Of a stretch of 64,000 bases of DNA, positions 1-9,777 are shown one piece after another. Every line of letters begins with the position of its first letter. Within the stretch, counting starts at the first letter, position 1. The notes under the pieces were generated by a model that was given only the letters and a program-made list of their open reading frames with translations, searched no databases and had not been told where the DNA came from. The DNA comes from Myxococcales bacterium (GTDB lineage: Bacteria > Myxococcota_A > Polyangia > Polyangiales > Ga0077539): positions 4,221 through 68,220 of the forward strand of contig JAEUKI010000056.1 of the NCBI GenBank assembly GCA_016793325.1, given 5' to 3'. The translations under genes were made by a program, and so were the position numbers.

Positions 1-485
1 GCCCCGCAGTGCGCGGGGTCCGTCTGCGTGTCGACGCACGTGCCGCTGCAGTTCGACTGAGCGCCTGGGCAGCCGGTCCCGCACATGCGGGTTGCAGGGT
101 CGCACGCTGGCGTCGAGCCTTCGCAGCGGCTCCCACACGCACCACAATTCATCGCGGTGTCGAGGCGCGTCTCGCAGCCGTTGCTCGCGTTGCCGTCGCA
201 GTCGCCGAACCCTTGCTCGCAACGGTCGATCCCGCACGCGCCCGCCTCGCAGCGCGCGACGGCGTTGCTCGGAGCGCACGGCCGATCACACGCCCCGCAG
301 TGCGAGAGGCTCGTCGACGTCGATACGCACGCGGCGCCGCAGCGGACCTCTCCGTCGCCACAAACGCGGCTCGCGTCGGCGTCGAACGACGTCGCGCCGT
401 CGCCGCGAAGCGATGCGTGCGGCAACGAGCACCCCACTGCGCTCGCGACGAGCAACGGGAGAGCGAAAAGCGAAGACCAGCGCAC
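1..485 (-). CDS. Cys-rich secreted lipoprotein, 5' part only (runs off window start). Signal MRWSSLFALPLLVASAVGCS followed by repeated CGACG..C / C..C modules.
   Basis: Manual translation of minus strand from GTG at 485. Lipobox LVASAVGC. Periodic Cys motifs (CGACDRPC, NCGACGSRC, CSGTC) typical of myxobacterial Cys-rich repeat proteins. Not in ORF table because it has no in-window stop. Confidence 0.5.
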   Translation of the reverse strand, partial: MRWSSLFALPLLVASAVGCSLPHASLRGDGATSFDADASRVCGDGEVRCGAACVSTSTSLSHCGACDRPCAPSNAVARCEAGACGIDRCEQGFGDCDGNASNGCETRLDTAMNCGACGSRCEGSTPACDPATRMCGTGCPGAQSNCSGTCVDTQTDPAHCG

Positions 486-712
486 CCGAACAGCATACCG
501 GGCTCGATTCGCGCGCTCAATCCGCGACGCCACGCGATTCGATCGGGCGAGCGCCGGGCCAGGCCGCGCGTTCGAGCGCGCGATCGAGGAGAGCGAACGG
601 ACGATCTGTCAGAAAAATTCCAGCGCGTTCGAGTCCACTCGCGCGCCGTACGCGCCGGTCACGGTTGGTAGACGAGCTGGGCCACGGCGTGTGCTTCAAT
701 GCCGACGCCGTG

Positions 713-1546
713 ATGAATCGATGGATGACGATCGTGCTGGCGATCGCGACGAGCGGTTGCGAACGCCCCTCACCCAGCGCGAGCGCCGCGCGGAGGGACG
801 AGCCTCGCGCTCGCGGTCGAGACGAGACGACGCGCGCGAACGTGGCCGATGCGGCGCCGAGCGAGCCGCGACGGGCGCCGCCGATGCCGACAGACGAAGA
901 CGTCGTCGTGACGACCGTAGGGCCCGATCCGACGAGCGCGGGTCGCGTGACGATCGTCGCGCTGCACGGCCTCGGTGACTCGCCGGAGAACTTCAGCCTC
1001 TGGCTTCGGGCGGCGCCGATTTCGGCGCGGGTCCTCGCGATCCGCGCGCCCGAACGCTTCGGCTCGGGAAGCGCGTGGTGGCAGCCCGGCGGGAGCGACG
1101 CGTTCATCACGTCGACGATGGAGCGCTCGGCGCGGCACGTGCGCGACAAATACGAGGCTGCGACGCGAGGGCAAGCGCAGTGCGGGCAGCCCATTCTGCT
1201 TGGATTTTCACAGGGAGCGATGGTGGCGTTCGCGATGGCGGGGCGGCGCGATGTTCCCTTTCGGTTGATCGTTCCGATCAGCGGGCGGCTGACCGCGGGC
1301 TCGCTCGACGCGAGGCCCTTCGAGCGGAGCGACGTCGAGGTGCGCGCGATGCACGGCGCGCTCGACACACGAATTCCGATCGGCGGCGCTCAGTTCGCAG
1401 TGGGATTGCTTCGACAGCGCGGGCTCGACGCGACGCTGCAGACCTTCGCGAACGTCGAGCACTCGATCCCCGACGAGATGCGCGCGGCGGTGTTCGACGA
1501 GATCGCGCGCGTGGCTCGCGCGATGCGGTGCACAACGACGTCGTAG
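713..1546 (+). CDS. Phospholipase/carboxylesterase-family alpha/beta hydrolase (lipoprotein)
   Basis: Internal start M208 of ORF 92..1546 gives MNRWMTIVLAIATSGC signal/lipobox. Motifs ALHGLGDSPENF and GFSQGAMVA (nucleophile elbow GxSxG) plus downstream His fit the esterase/phospholipase family. Confidence 0.8.
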   Translation: MNRWMTIVLAIATSGCERPSPSASAARRDEPRARGRDETTRANVADAAPSEPRRAPPMPTDEDVVVTTVGPDPTSAGRVTIVALHGLGDSPENFSLWLRAAPISARVLAIRAPERFGSGSAWWQPGGSDAFITSTMERSARHVRDKYEAATRGQAQCGQPILLGFSQGAMVAFAMAGRRDVPFRLIVPISGRLTAGSLDARPFERSDVEVRAMHGALDTRIPIGGAQFAVGLLRQRGLDATLQTFANVEHSIPDEMRAAVFDEIARVARAMRCTTTS

Positions 1547-1668
1547 CTTGCGCTTCGCGCGCGGGGATTGCGCGAGACCCCACGATGATCTCGTCGCTAC
1601 GATCGAGCTTCGAAGGTCGCGCGCGGTCGACGTTTTGCAGACCCGCATCGCGACGAAAGGACGCTCGA

Positions 1669-2973
1669 ATGGGATCGATCGATACAAGCTGGCGCGCGCG
1701 CGCAGCGTCCGCGGCGGACGTCGTCGCGCTGATTCGTTCGCAGAACAACGTGTTCGTGCACGCCGCGGCGGCGACGCCGACCCCGCTCATCGAAGCGCTG
1801 TGCGCGCGCGCAGACCTCGCGCGCGTGCGGCTCTATCACTTGCATACGGCGGGAGCCGCGCCGTTCGCGGACCCCGCGGTGTGCGAGCGCATTCGATCGG
1901 TCTCGTTGTTTACGGGACCGGCGATGCGCAAGGCGGTCAACGCGGGGCTCGCGGACTTCGTTCCGGTGTTTCTGTCGGATATTCCTGGGCTGTTTCGCGA
2001 CGCGACGATTCCGCTCGACGTCGCGATGGTGCAGCTCTCGCCGCCGGACAAACACGGGCTCTGCACGCTCGGAACGTCCTGTGACGCGGCGCGCGCCGCG
2101 GTCGACTCGGCCAAGATCGTGATCGCCGAGATCAACGAGCGCATGCCGCGGACCCACGGAAACACGAGCGTTCCGCTGTCGCGCCTCGCCGCGTTCACCG
2201 TGACGAATCGGCCGCTGTACGAGTCGGAGCCCAACGCGATCGGGCCCGTCGAAGCGCGCATCGGCGAGATCATCGCGGGCCTCGTCGACGACGGGAGCAC
2301 GCTGCAGATGGGCATCGGCGCGATTCCCGACGCGGTGCTCGCCAACCTCGGAAACAAGCACGAGCTCGGCGTTCACACAGAGATGTTCTCGGATGGGCTG
2401 CTGCCGCTCATCGAGGGCGGCGTCGTCACCAACCGACGCAAAGAAGTGCACGCGGGTCGCACCACGACCGCGTTCGTGTGGGGCTCGAAGCGCCTCTACG
2501 ACTTCGTGGACGACAACTCGCTCGTCGAGTTTCACGGCTGCGATCGCACTAACGACTCGGCGCACATCCGTCGCAATCCTTCGGTCGTCGCGATCAACAG
2601 CGCGCTCCAGGTCGATCTCTCTGGGCAGGTGTGCGCGGATTCGCTCGGCTATCAGATCTATTCGGGCATCGGCGGACAGATGGATTTCATCCACGGCGCG
2701 GCGCTCTCGAAGGGAGGCAAGCCCATCATCGCGCTGCCCTCGACCGCCAAGGGAGGACAGGCGTCGAGGATCTCCGTGGCGTTGAGCGAAGGCGCGGGCG
2801 TCGTCACAACGCGCGGGCACGTGCACTGGGTCGTCACGGAGTTCGGCGCGGTGAACCTCCACGGCGCGACGCTGCGCGAGCGCGGCGAGAAGCTCGTCTC
2901 CATCGCGCACCCTGACTTTCGCGCAGAGCTCGCGAAGGCCCTGGCGAACGTCCGGCATTTCACGATGTCGTAA
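1669..2973 (+). CDS. Acetyl-CoA hydrolase/transferase family protein (4-hydroxybutyrate CoA-transferase-like)
   Basis: Internal start MGSIDTSW of ORF 1075..2973. Full-length similarity pattern to the Cat1/Cat2/ACH1 family (GIGAIPDAV, EMFSDGLL, INSALQVDLSGQV, GQMDF). Confidence 0.85.
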   Translation: MGSIDTSWRARAASAADVVALIRSQNNVFVHAAAATPTPLIEALCARADLARVRLYHLHTAGAAPFADPAVCERIRSVSLFTGPAMRKAVNAGLADFVPVFLSDIPGLFRDATIPLDVAMVQLSPPDKHGLCTLGTSCDAARAAVDSAKIVIAEINERMPRTHGNTSVPLSRLAAFTVTNRPLYESEPNAIGPVEARIGEIIAGLVDDGSTLQMGIGAIPDAVLANLGNKHELGVHTEMFSDGLLPLIEGGVVTNRRKEVHAGRTTTAFVWGSKRLYDFVDDNSLVEFHGCDRTNDSAHIRRNPSVVAINSALQVDLSGQVCADSLGYQIYSGIGGQMDFIHGAALSKGGKPIIALPSTAKGGQASRISVALSEGAGVVTTRGHVHWVVTEFGAVNLHGATLRERGEKLVSIAHPDFRAELAKALANVRHFTMS

Positions 2974-2993
2974 GTGTCGTACCGTCGGCCGCG

Positions 2994-4730
2994 ATGCTCC
3001 CTGCGCGTCCGAGAGTCTCGGTCAATCTTCGGCCCGGCGTGATCACGCCCGGAAGCGCGTTCGACGCGCTCGTTCGTCTCGATTCGCGCCGCGTGATCCC
3101 GGTGAAGCGCGTCGACTGTCGGCTCCGCGGCGAGGTGCTCGTCATGCAGGCCAACGGGATGTTCGCGACCCAGCGCATCGTCGAGCTCGCGGCGTCAGCG
3201 ACGCCGAAGACGCTGCCGGCTGGACCCTCGGAGCTGCGCGTGCGCTTCGCGATCCCGCCCAGCGCGCCGCCTTCGTATCGAGGAACGACGATTCGCGCCG
3301 CGTATACGCTCACGGTCTACGTGGATATTCCCTGGTGGATCGACCGCGAGAGCACGTTCGTGATCCCCGTCAGCGCGCCGCCAGCGTCGGTGACGGACCG
3401 GGGCGCGAAGTCGTTCGCGCGCGTTCAGGACTCGGGCCTTCGAGTCGAGTGCGCGCTCGATCGAACGGTCGTCGCGCCCGGCGGAGTCCTCGCGGGACGA
3501 CTCGCGTTCTTCGGCGTCGAAGCGGCAGGCCTCCGCGCCGTTCGGGTTCGACTTCGCTGCCTCGAGCGCTGGGGCGCCGGCACAATCGACGGTCCCAACT
3601 ACCTCGTCGAGATCCCGATCGAGCGCCAGGTCGACGGCGATGCGCACACGTTTCGCATGCGGATCCCCGAGGACGCGGTGCCCGCGTTCGATACGCCGAC
3701 GGGGTGCATGTGGTGGCAGCTCGACGTCGAGGGCGACACGAAGGGCCGAGCCACCGCGACGCTGCTCGATGTCCCGATCCAGGTCGTCGCGCCCGAGACG
3801 AGCGGGCTCGATTTTTTCTCGGAGCTCCCGCTCATCGGCGACCAGCGTCGCGCCGAGATGCTCGCGCGGATCGCGCGCCGAACGGGGCTGCGTCACGAGG
3901 TCGAGACCGATCGACTCGTTGGGCAATTCGGCGGCGTTTCGCTCTCGATCGAGCGCGTCGCCGCGACCGGTCACAACCGCGTCGAGCTGCGATGGCGCCC
4001 GCTCGGGATCGCTCTCTCCGTCGGCCCCGCGCGGTGGAACGACGCGATCTCGCGCTACGAGATCACCGTGGGGTTGCCGATGTTCGACGAGGCGTACCAG
4101 GTTCGCGGGCGAGAAGCGCGGCAGGTCCTCGCGGTCGTGACGCCGTTTGCGCACGCCGACGGGCTTCTTCACAGCCTTCGAAACTGCGCGATCCGCGACG
4201 ACGGAGCGTCATTGGTCGCTCCATCGCAGCCCGACGAAGAGTCGTTGATGCGGCTCGCGTACAGCGCAGCGAGCCTCGCGGAGCGAGTGCGCATCGGCAT
4301 CGAAGGGATGCCGCCGCCGCAGCACTTCGCGGAGCACGCGGATGCGTGGCGCTCGCTCGCGGGGCGGTTTCGTGGGCAATTTCGCCAGGGAGACTGCGCG
4401 ATGCACCGCCTCGAGCTCTTCAACGAACGGCTCGACGTCGAGCACGTGTGGGACGACGCGAGGGTGCGCGAGACCATCGTGCGAGCGCACTTCGACCCGC
4501 CGCTCGAAGCGCCGCCGGACCGATCGCGCCCCGAGTCCGTCCGCGCGGATTGGCGCGAGGCGCTCGACGCCCTCGACGCGCAGGGAGGTCGCTGGAGCGT
4601 GACGAAGACCGCGCTCGAAGTGCGAGTCGCGGCCGTGCGCGACGCGGTCGACGCCGAGCGCTGGATCGACGTCGTCGCGTCGACGGCCCGCACGCTTCAG
4701 GGCCGCCGCAACACAGGTCCATTTCGCTGA
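2994..4730 (+). CDS. Hypothetical protein (578 aa), two-domain, possibly arrestin-like/Spo0M-like
   Basis: Long ORF with a coherent, non-Arg-biased composition and no competing frame. No recognisable catalytic motif. Confidence 0.55.
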   Translation: MLPARPRVSVNLRPGVITPGSAFDALVRLDSRRVIPVKRVDCRLRGEVLVMQANGMFATQRIVELAASATPKTLPAGPSELRVRFAIPPSAPPSYRGTTIRAAYTLTVYVDIPWWIDRESTFVIPVSAPPASVTDRGAKSFARVQDSGLRVECALDRTVVAPGGVLAGRLAFFGVEAAGLRAVRVRLRCLERWGAGTIDGPNYLVEIPIERQVDGDAHTFRMRIPEDAVPAFDTPTGCMWWQLDVEGDTKGRATATLLDVPIQVVAPETSGLDFFSELPLIGDQRRAEMLARIARRTGLRHEVETDRLVGQFGGVSLSIERVAATGHNRVELRWRPLGIALSVGPARWNDAISRYEITVGLPMFDEAYQVRGREARQVLAVVTPFAHADGLLHSLRNCAIRDDGASLVAPSQPDEESLMRLAYSAASLAERVRIGIEGMPPPQHFAEHADAWRSLAGRFRGQFRQGDCAMHRLELFNERLDVEHVWDDARVRETIVRAHFDPPLEAPPDRSRPESVRADWREALDALDAQGGRWSVTKTALEVRVAAVRDAVDAERWIDVVASTARTLQGRRNTGPFR

Positions 4731-4764
4731 GCCTGCTCCGCGTGGCACACTCCGGTCTCTCGTC

Positions 4765-5346
4765 GTGAACGCTGCGGAGTACTCGATCGTTGTTGCGTCG
4801 GCGACGGATGTGCGCTCGCTCGCCGAACACTGGCAACGCGAGGTCGTGGACAACGGTCGCGACGGGCTGTGGTTTTCGCCGTACGACCCGGACGAAGACG
4901 CAAAGCCCATCACCGACGAGCGAATCGCGCAGATCTCTGCGGCGATCGAGCGCCCGTTGACCGAGCCGATGTGGCAGCGCGTGTGGACGCTGCGCCATCG
5001 AGACGCGCCCGAGCGCGTGCTCGGATCGTTGTCGCTGCACGGGGGGCGCATCGTCTCCGAGCTTCACCGATGCAGCTTGGGGATGGGCATCGAGCCCGAA
5101 CATCGAGGCCGTCGCAACGGGACCGCGCTCGTCGAGGCGGCGCTCGCGTGGGCGCGCGCGACGGCGCAGCTCTCGTGGGTCGACCTCGGTGTTTTCGCTG
5201 GAAATCACCGCGCAAAAGCGCTCTACGCGCGCGCCGGATTCGTGGTCGTGGGCGAGCGTCGAGACGCGTTTCGGGTGCGCGGCGTGAAGATCACGGACGT
5301 CACGATGACGCTCTGCCTCGACGAGGCGCGCGGGGCGACTACGTAG
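4765..5346 (+). CDS. GNAT family N-acetyltransferase
   Basis: GTG start. Motifs RRNGTALVEAALAWAR..KALYARAGF (acetyl-CoA binding motifs A/B). Confidence 0.75.
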   Translation: MNAAEYSIVVASATDVRSLAEHWQREVVDNGRDGLWFSPYDPDEDAKPITDERIAQISAAIERPLTEPMWQRVWTLRHRDAPERVLGSLSLHGGRIVSELHRCSLGMGIEPEHRGRRNGTALVEAALAWARATAQLSWVDLGVFAGNHRAKALYARAGFVVVGERRDAFRVRGVKITDVTMTLCLDEARGATT

Positions 5347-6133
5347 CGCCGTCGAGGAGCGCGCGCTCGGGCGTTCGCGCGAGCACGTGGCCGACGAAGA
5401 ACGGCCCCATCTGCGCGATGAACTCCGCTGTTTGCCGGGTCTTTCGCATCGCTTGAACGCAGTGCGAAAGAGGGTGGAGCTCGCGACCGAAGAGCCCGAC
5501 GATGAACTCGTTGTCGTTGCGGTCCATGCCGTGACACGCGAGCCGCACGTCGTGGGCGAGGTCCTTCTGACCGTAGGCCATGCCGATGGAGGCGTGCTCT
5601 CGAAGGATCGTTCCCTGTTCGAGCGACTCGAGCTTGGCGAACGCGCCCGTGCGGCGAAGCGGGTACCAGACCGCCCAATTCGCATGCGGGTCGTTCATCA
5701 CGCGCCGCGGCCGGTGCAGGAGCGAGTCCTCGAGCTGCGGCTCGTGTCCGAGCGAGTAGCTACGACCGAGCATCGAGAGCTCGTGCCGCTGAACGAGCGG
5801 CCGAAGTCGCTCATCGTGAAACAACGGACGAACACGTCGCACGAAGTGCGAAGGGTCCTCCGACCACGTCACGAGCGCGAGGCCGCGCGGGTCGTTGACG
5901 TCTTCGTACACGACGGCGCCGACGCCCGCGGTCGACAGGCGCTCGACGAGCGCGTCGGCGACAGGGCCGACCGAGCCGTCTCGGTCCACCGAAAACGCAA
6001 GGAGTTGCACAAAGAGACGACGATCGAGGGTTTGTTGGACGCCGTCGCGCTTTCCGCCGCGCTCGGCGACGTCGACGTCAGGGAGTCCGGGCGCGCGGGG
6101 CGCCGGTGCACTTGGAGGGGCTTGTTCGCTCAT
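5339..6133 (-). CDS. Chlorite dismutase family haem protein (Cld/HemQ-like)
   Basis: Internal start MSEQAPP of ORF 5339..6292. C-terminal motifs REHASIGMAYGQ (proximal His), NEFIVGLFGRE, GPFFVGHVL align with Cld/HemQ family signatures (e.g. Thermus HemQ-like GPFFVG). Confidence 0.75.
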   Translation of the reverse strand: MSEQAPPSAPAPRAPGLPDVDVAERGGKRDGVQQTLDRRLFVQLLAFSVDRDGSVGPVADALVERLSTAGVGAVVYEDVNDPRGLALVTWSEDPSHFVRRVRPLFHDERLRPLVQRHELSMLGRSYSLGHEPQLEDSLLHRPRRVMNDPHANWAVWYPLRRTGAFAKLESLEQGTILREHASIGMAYGQKDLAHDVRLACHGMDRNDNEFIVGLFGRELHPLSHCVQAMRKTRQTAEFIAQMGPFFVGHVLARTPERALLDGAT

Positions 6134-6314
6134 TCGTGGTTCGCCTCGCGATTGCTGTGGGCGCTTAGGGGTATAGGCCCAGGCTGGCCGTCGGCGGTAG
6201 CCCCGACCGTCGATCGAAGGTCGCGATCGCGCGCGTTCGCTGAAATCGTCCTTGACGACGACCGCGCCGCCGTTGCCCCATTCACACGCCATGATTCAGG
6301 GAGCCCGGGGCACG

Positions 6315-7940
6315 ATGATGATGCGAACAGCAGGCAGATTTCTCGCGTGTGCTGCGGCACTGACGGTGCTCGCCCGCGCGAACGGCGCGAGCGCGAGCGG
6401 GCTCGAGATCCCCGAAGGAGGCGCGGTCGGACTCGCCCGCGGAGGCGCGGTGGTCGCGCGTCCGTCGGACCCGATGGCGCTGTCGTACAACCCCGCGGGC
6501 ATCCTCGGCCTCGCGGGCGCGCAGCTGACGCTCGGGTCGAACCTCGGCTCGTTCGGGCAGTGTTTTCAGCGGTACGGCAACTACGCCAACGAGGACACGA
6601 CGTTCATCTCGCTCGCGGGCACGCGCTTCGAGAACAGCATGTACGCCGCGAGCGGAATGCGGACGCCGTACCCGCGCACGTGCTCGAATCCGTCGCTCGC
6701 GATCGCGCCGAACATCGGGTTCACCTATCGCATTCTGCCGAACCTCGCGTTCGGCATCAGCGCGGTTCCGCCGCACACCGTGGGTCGCGAAGGCGTTTTT
6801 CCCGACACGGTGATGACCGCGAACGGGCTCGCGCCCTCGCCCGCGCGGCACTTGTTGTTCGAGAAGCGACTGCTGTTGTTCTACCCGGCGGCCACCGTCG
6901 CGTTCGCGCCGCTCCCGTGGCTGCGACTCGGCGCGACGTTGCAAGTGGGTATCGCGAGCTTCGAGTACGCGACGATGCTCAACCCCAACGACCAGTCGAA
7001 CGGCGCGCAGTCGCCCGACGGTGACATCAAGCTCACGCTCCGCGCCGGCGGGACCTTCGTCGCGGGAAACTTCGGCGCACAAGTGCTCCTGCCCCGGTAT
7101 TTCACCATCGGAATCAAGGGCCAGTACGTCCCCGAGCTCAACCTCTCGGGGCTCGGCGCGGGCACCGCGGTCGACCAGTACTACGCGGCGGATCAGTCGC
7201 CGATGGCGGTCGCTGCGCGCACGCGCACGTTCGACATCACGGCGCTGCGCGCGCAGCCCGCGTCGCACATTCGCGCGGGCGTTCGCTTCGCGATGCCGCG
7301 CGCCGGCCGCCCCGACGCGTGGACGTCTGCTCACCAACTGGCGCGAAACAACACGCTCGCGAACGGACGAAACATCGCCGAAACCTACGACCCGATGAGG
7401 GACGACGTCTTCGACATCGAGGTGGATTTCAACTACGAGTTCACGAGCACGCTGAGCGTCACGTCGGTGGCGCTCGCCGGGTCGATCGTCGCGGCGGGCG
7501 GCATCATGGTCCCCTTCAACCCCGAGCGGCCCATCGTGATTCGCTCGGATTTCAACAACACCTACGGCGTCCGCGTCGGCAGCGATTGGAACGTGATCGC
7601 CGACCGCCTCGCGCTCCGCATGGGCTTCAGCGCTGAGAAGGGCGCGACCAGCCCGGGCCTCTCGCAGATTCACTTGCCGACGTTCGACAGCTTCTCGGCG
7701 AGCATCGGCGCCGCGCTTCGCTTCGGATGGTTCACCGCGAACATCGCGTACGCGCACATGTTCTTCGTTCCGCTCGAAGACCCGACGGGATCGCGCACGA
7801 TCATCACGACGCGCGCGCTGAATCCCGCGGTTGATCCATGCCCGGCGTCGTCCGGTCGCGACGGAGCGTGCAACGTCAACGCGGCCCGCTACGAGGCCAC
7901 GATGGACTTGTTCGGCATCAACCTGTCGGCTCGCTGGTAG
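6315..7940 (+). CDS. FadL/OMPP1/TodX-family outer-membrane transport protein
   Basis: Signal peptide MMMRTAGRFLACAAALTVLARANGASASG. N-terminal LEIPEGGAVGLARGGAVVARPSDPMALSYNPAG (FadL hatch-domain signature). C-terminal aromatic end ...LSARW typical of beta-barrel OMPs. Confidence 0.7.
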   Translation: MMMRTAGRFLACAAALTVLARANGASASGLEIPEGGAVGLARGGAVVARPSDPMALSYNPAGILGLAGAQLTLGSNLGSFGQCFQRYGNYANEDTTFISLAGTRFENSMYAASGMRTPYPRTCSNPSLAIAPNIGFTYRILPNLAFGISAVPPHTVGREGVFPDTVMTANGLAPSPARHLLFEKRLLLFYPAATVAFAPLPWLRLGATLQVGIASFEYATMLNPNDQSNGAQSPDGDIKLTLRAGGTFVAGNFGAQVLLPRYFTIGIKGQYVPELNLSGLGAGTAVDQYYAADQSPMAVAARTRTFDITALRAQPASHIRAGVRFAMPRAGRPDAWTSAHQLARNNTLANGRNIAETYDPMRDDVFDIEVDFNYEFTSTLSVTSVALAGSIVAAGGIMVPFNPERPIVIRSDFNNTYGVRVGSDWNVIADRLALRMGFSAEKGATSPGLSQIHLPTFDSFSASIGAALRFGWFTANIAYAHMFFVPLEDPTGSRTIITTRALNPAVDPCPASSGRDGACNVNAARYEATMDLFGINLSARW

Positions 7941-8799
7941 GAGTCGCTTCGGGGGCGCGCTCCTTCGCGGCTTCGCGCTGCGCGAGGATCTCCGCGAGTC
8001 GCTTCTTCGCGAAGCGCGTCATGGCTCCCACGCCGACGACGCTCGCGATCACGATTACGACCGAGCCCACCTTCGCGGCGACCGAAGGCGTCTGCTCTCC
8101 GCGCACGACGGCCGCGGCGCTCTGGATGATGCTCCCGAGGTACGCATGAAAACATGTGATCGGAAGCAAGCCGAGCCACGTCCCGAGCGCGAAGTGCCGA
8201 TAGCGCACCGGCGTCGTCGCCGCGGCGAACGAGAAGATGTTCTGCGGGATGACCGGTGTCATGCGCGCGAGCCAGACGGCGCGGAGGCCGTCGTCACGAA
8301 GCAGCTCGCCGAGGGCGTCCCACGTGGGATTTCCCTCGACGCGACGGCGAACGACGTTTTGCAGCACCGTGCGGCCGAGGCCGAACGCGACCGACGCCGC
8401 GAGCGTCCCCGCAGGCGACGCGACGAGCGCGCCGACGATGGGTCCGTACACGAAGCCCGCGAGCACATGAAACGGCGCCTTGGGCGCAGCCACCGCGCCG
8501 CCGAGGCCGTACACGAGGAGGTAGAGCGCGACGCCGCGCGCGCCGCTCGATCGCATATACTCGATCAACGCGAGCAGCGCCGCTTGCACCGCGGGCTGAC
8601 GGAGCGCGATGAACGGCGCGAGGAGAAACAGTGCGAGGCCGAGCGTCGCGAGCGGCCTTCGCGTGAGCGCGATCCACACGGGCGCGAGGGTTCGTCGGAT
8701 CCAACCGGAGTTCAAAGGTCGGCGCGAGTGTACTCGAAGCGTCTCGAGAACCGACGTACGCTCTCGTTGTCGTAGCGCCCACCGAGCGGCGAGATGCAC
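7918..8799 (-). CDS. TVP38/TMEM64 (DedA-related) family membrane protein; start codon uncertain
   Basis: Multi-TM profile with family-typical GFVYGPIVGALVASPAGTLAASVAFGLGR and ARMTPVIPQNIFSFAAATT segments. Confidence 0.65.
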   Translation of the reverse strand: MHLAARWALRQRERTSVLETLRVHSRRPLNSGWIRRTLAPVWIALTRRPLATLGLALFLLAPFIALRQPAVQAALLALIEYMRSSGARGVALYLLVYGLGGAVAAPKAPFHVLAGFVYGPIVGALVASPAGTLAASVAFGLGRTVLQNVVRRRVEGNPTWDALGELLRDDGLRAVWLARMTPVIPQNIFSFAAATTPVRYRHFALGTWLGLLPITCFHAYLGSIIQSAAAVVRGEQTPSVAAKVGSVVIVIASVVGVGAMTRFAKKRLAEILAQREAAKERAPEATPTSEPTG

Positions 8800-9777
8800 A
8801 CGATGTCCGACCTACGCAGCCGACGACGAACGCGACGCGCGATGGAGATCGCCGCGGTGATCGCAGCGTCCCTCGCGCTGCACTCGATGGGGCTCGTCGC
8901 GATCGGCGTGCGTGAGCTCCCGTCGCGAGAGCTCATGTTTCGCGGCGAAGACGGCGAAAACGGCCGACGCGGCGCGGGGAGCATCGCGGAGTTCGCCGTC
9001 GAGTCACCGCCGTTGCCCACGGTCGCGTCGCGTCCTTCGGCGCCCGCTGCGCCCGTCGTCGAGCAACAACCCGAGGCGCCCATCGTCGTGCAGCAACCGA
9101 GACCCGCTCCGCGGCGCGCTCCGCCCACGGTGGCATCGACGCCGACGCAAGCGCCGACGCCCGTCGCGACGCCCGCACCACCGCAAGAAACAACGCCCGA
9201 GCCCGCGCCAACGGCGGGGGGCCAACGAACCGGGAGCGTCGGTGAACAGCGCGGGATGCTCCCCTCGGCCGCGCGTTGTCGCGACGCCGTCGCAGGAACG
9301 TGGCGAGCGCACAAGTACAACCCCGGCAACCGCGACTGGGTGATCTTCACGCTGCGGATCAACCGCCTGCCAGACAACCGCCTTCAGGGCACGATTCGCG
9401 CGCGCAGTTGGACTGGCGACGGCACCCGCGCCCAGCCTCCCGGACGCTGTGGAAACGCCCCCGAAGATCTCGACTTTGCGGTGGTCATGCCCGGTCAAGG
9501 ATCGATCGTCGGCCGGGCGGTTTCGTTCTCCGCGATCGAGTATCGAATCGAACGCGTCTACTGCCGTCGTGCGAACATGTCGTACAGCCCCGACGCGTTC
9601 TCGGGACAGATCGACGAGGCTCGACAGGAGTTTCAATCGGTGAACGATGACGGTCATCGAGACCGTAACGCGCCGTACGTGTTTCGACGCATCGGTTGCC
9701 TCGCGGGCGACGCCCTGCCCGCGGCCAGCGCGAGCGCTGTGACGCCGGCCGCGGACGGCGGTAGCGTCGCGCGATGA
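8794..9777 (+). CDS. Hypothetical membrane-anchored protein with Pro-rich linker
   Basis: N-terminal TM (MEIAAVIAASLALHSMGLVAIG), Pro/Ala-rich spacer, conserved-looking C-terminal globular region. ATGA overlap with the next gene. Confidence 0.55.
   Translation: MHTMSDLRSRRRTRRAMEIAAVIAASLALHSMGLVAIGVRELPSRELMFRGEDGENGRRGAGSIAEFAVESPPLPTVASRPSAPAAPVVEQQPEAPIVVQQPRPAPRRAPPTVASTPTQAPTPVATPAPPQETTPEPAPTAGGQRTGSVGEQRGMLPSAARCRDAVAGTWRAHKYNPGNRDWVIFTLRINRLPDNRLQGTIRARSWTGDGTRAQPPGRCGNAPEDLDFAVVMPGQGSIVGRAVSFSAIEYRIERVYCRRANMSYSPDAFSGQIDEARQEFQSVNDDGHRDRNAPYVFRRIGCLAGDALPAASASAVTPAADGGSVAR

Noticed and set aside
5387-7024. 545-aa plus-strand ORF overlapping the Cld-like gene (antisense) and the FadL-like gene (out of frame)
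   Set aside because: Arg/His-rich low-complexity translation. The real genes on the same DNA have recognisable family motifs.
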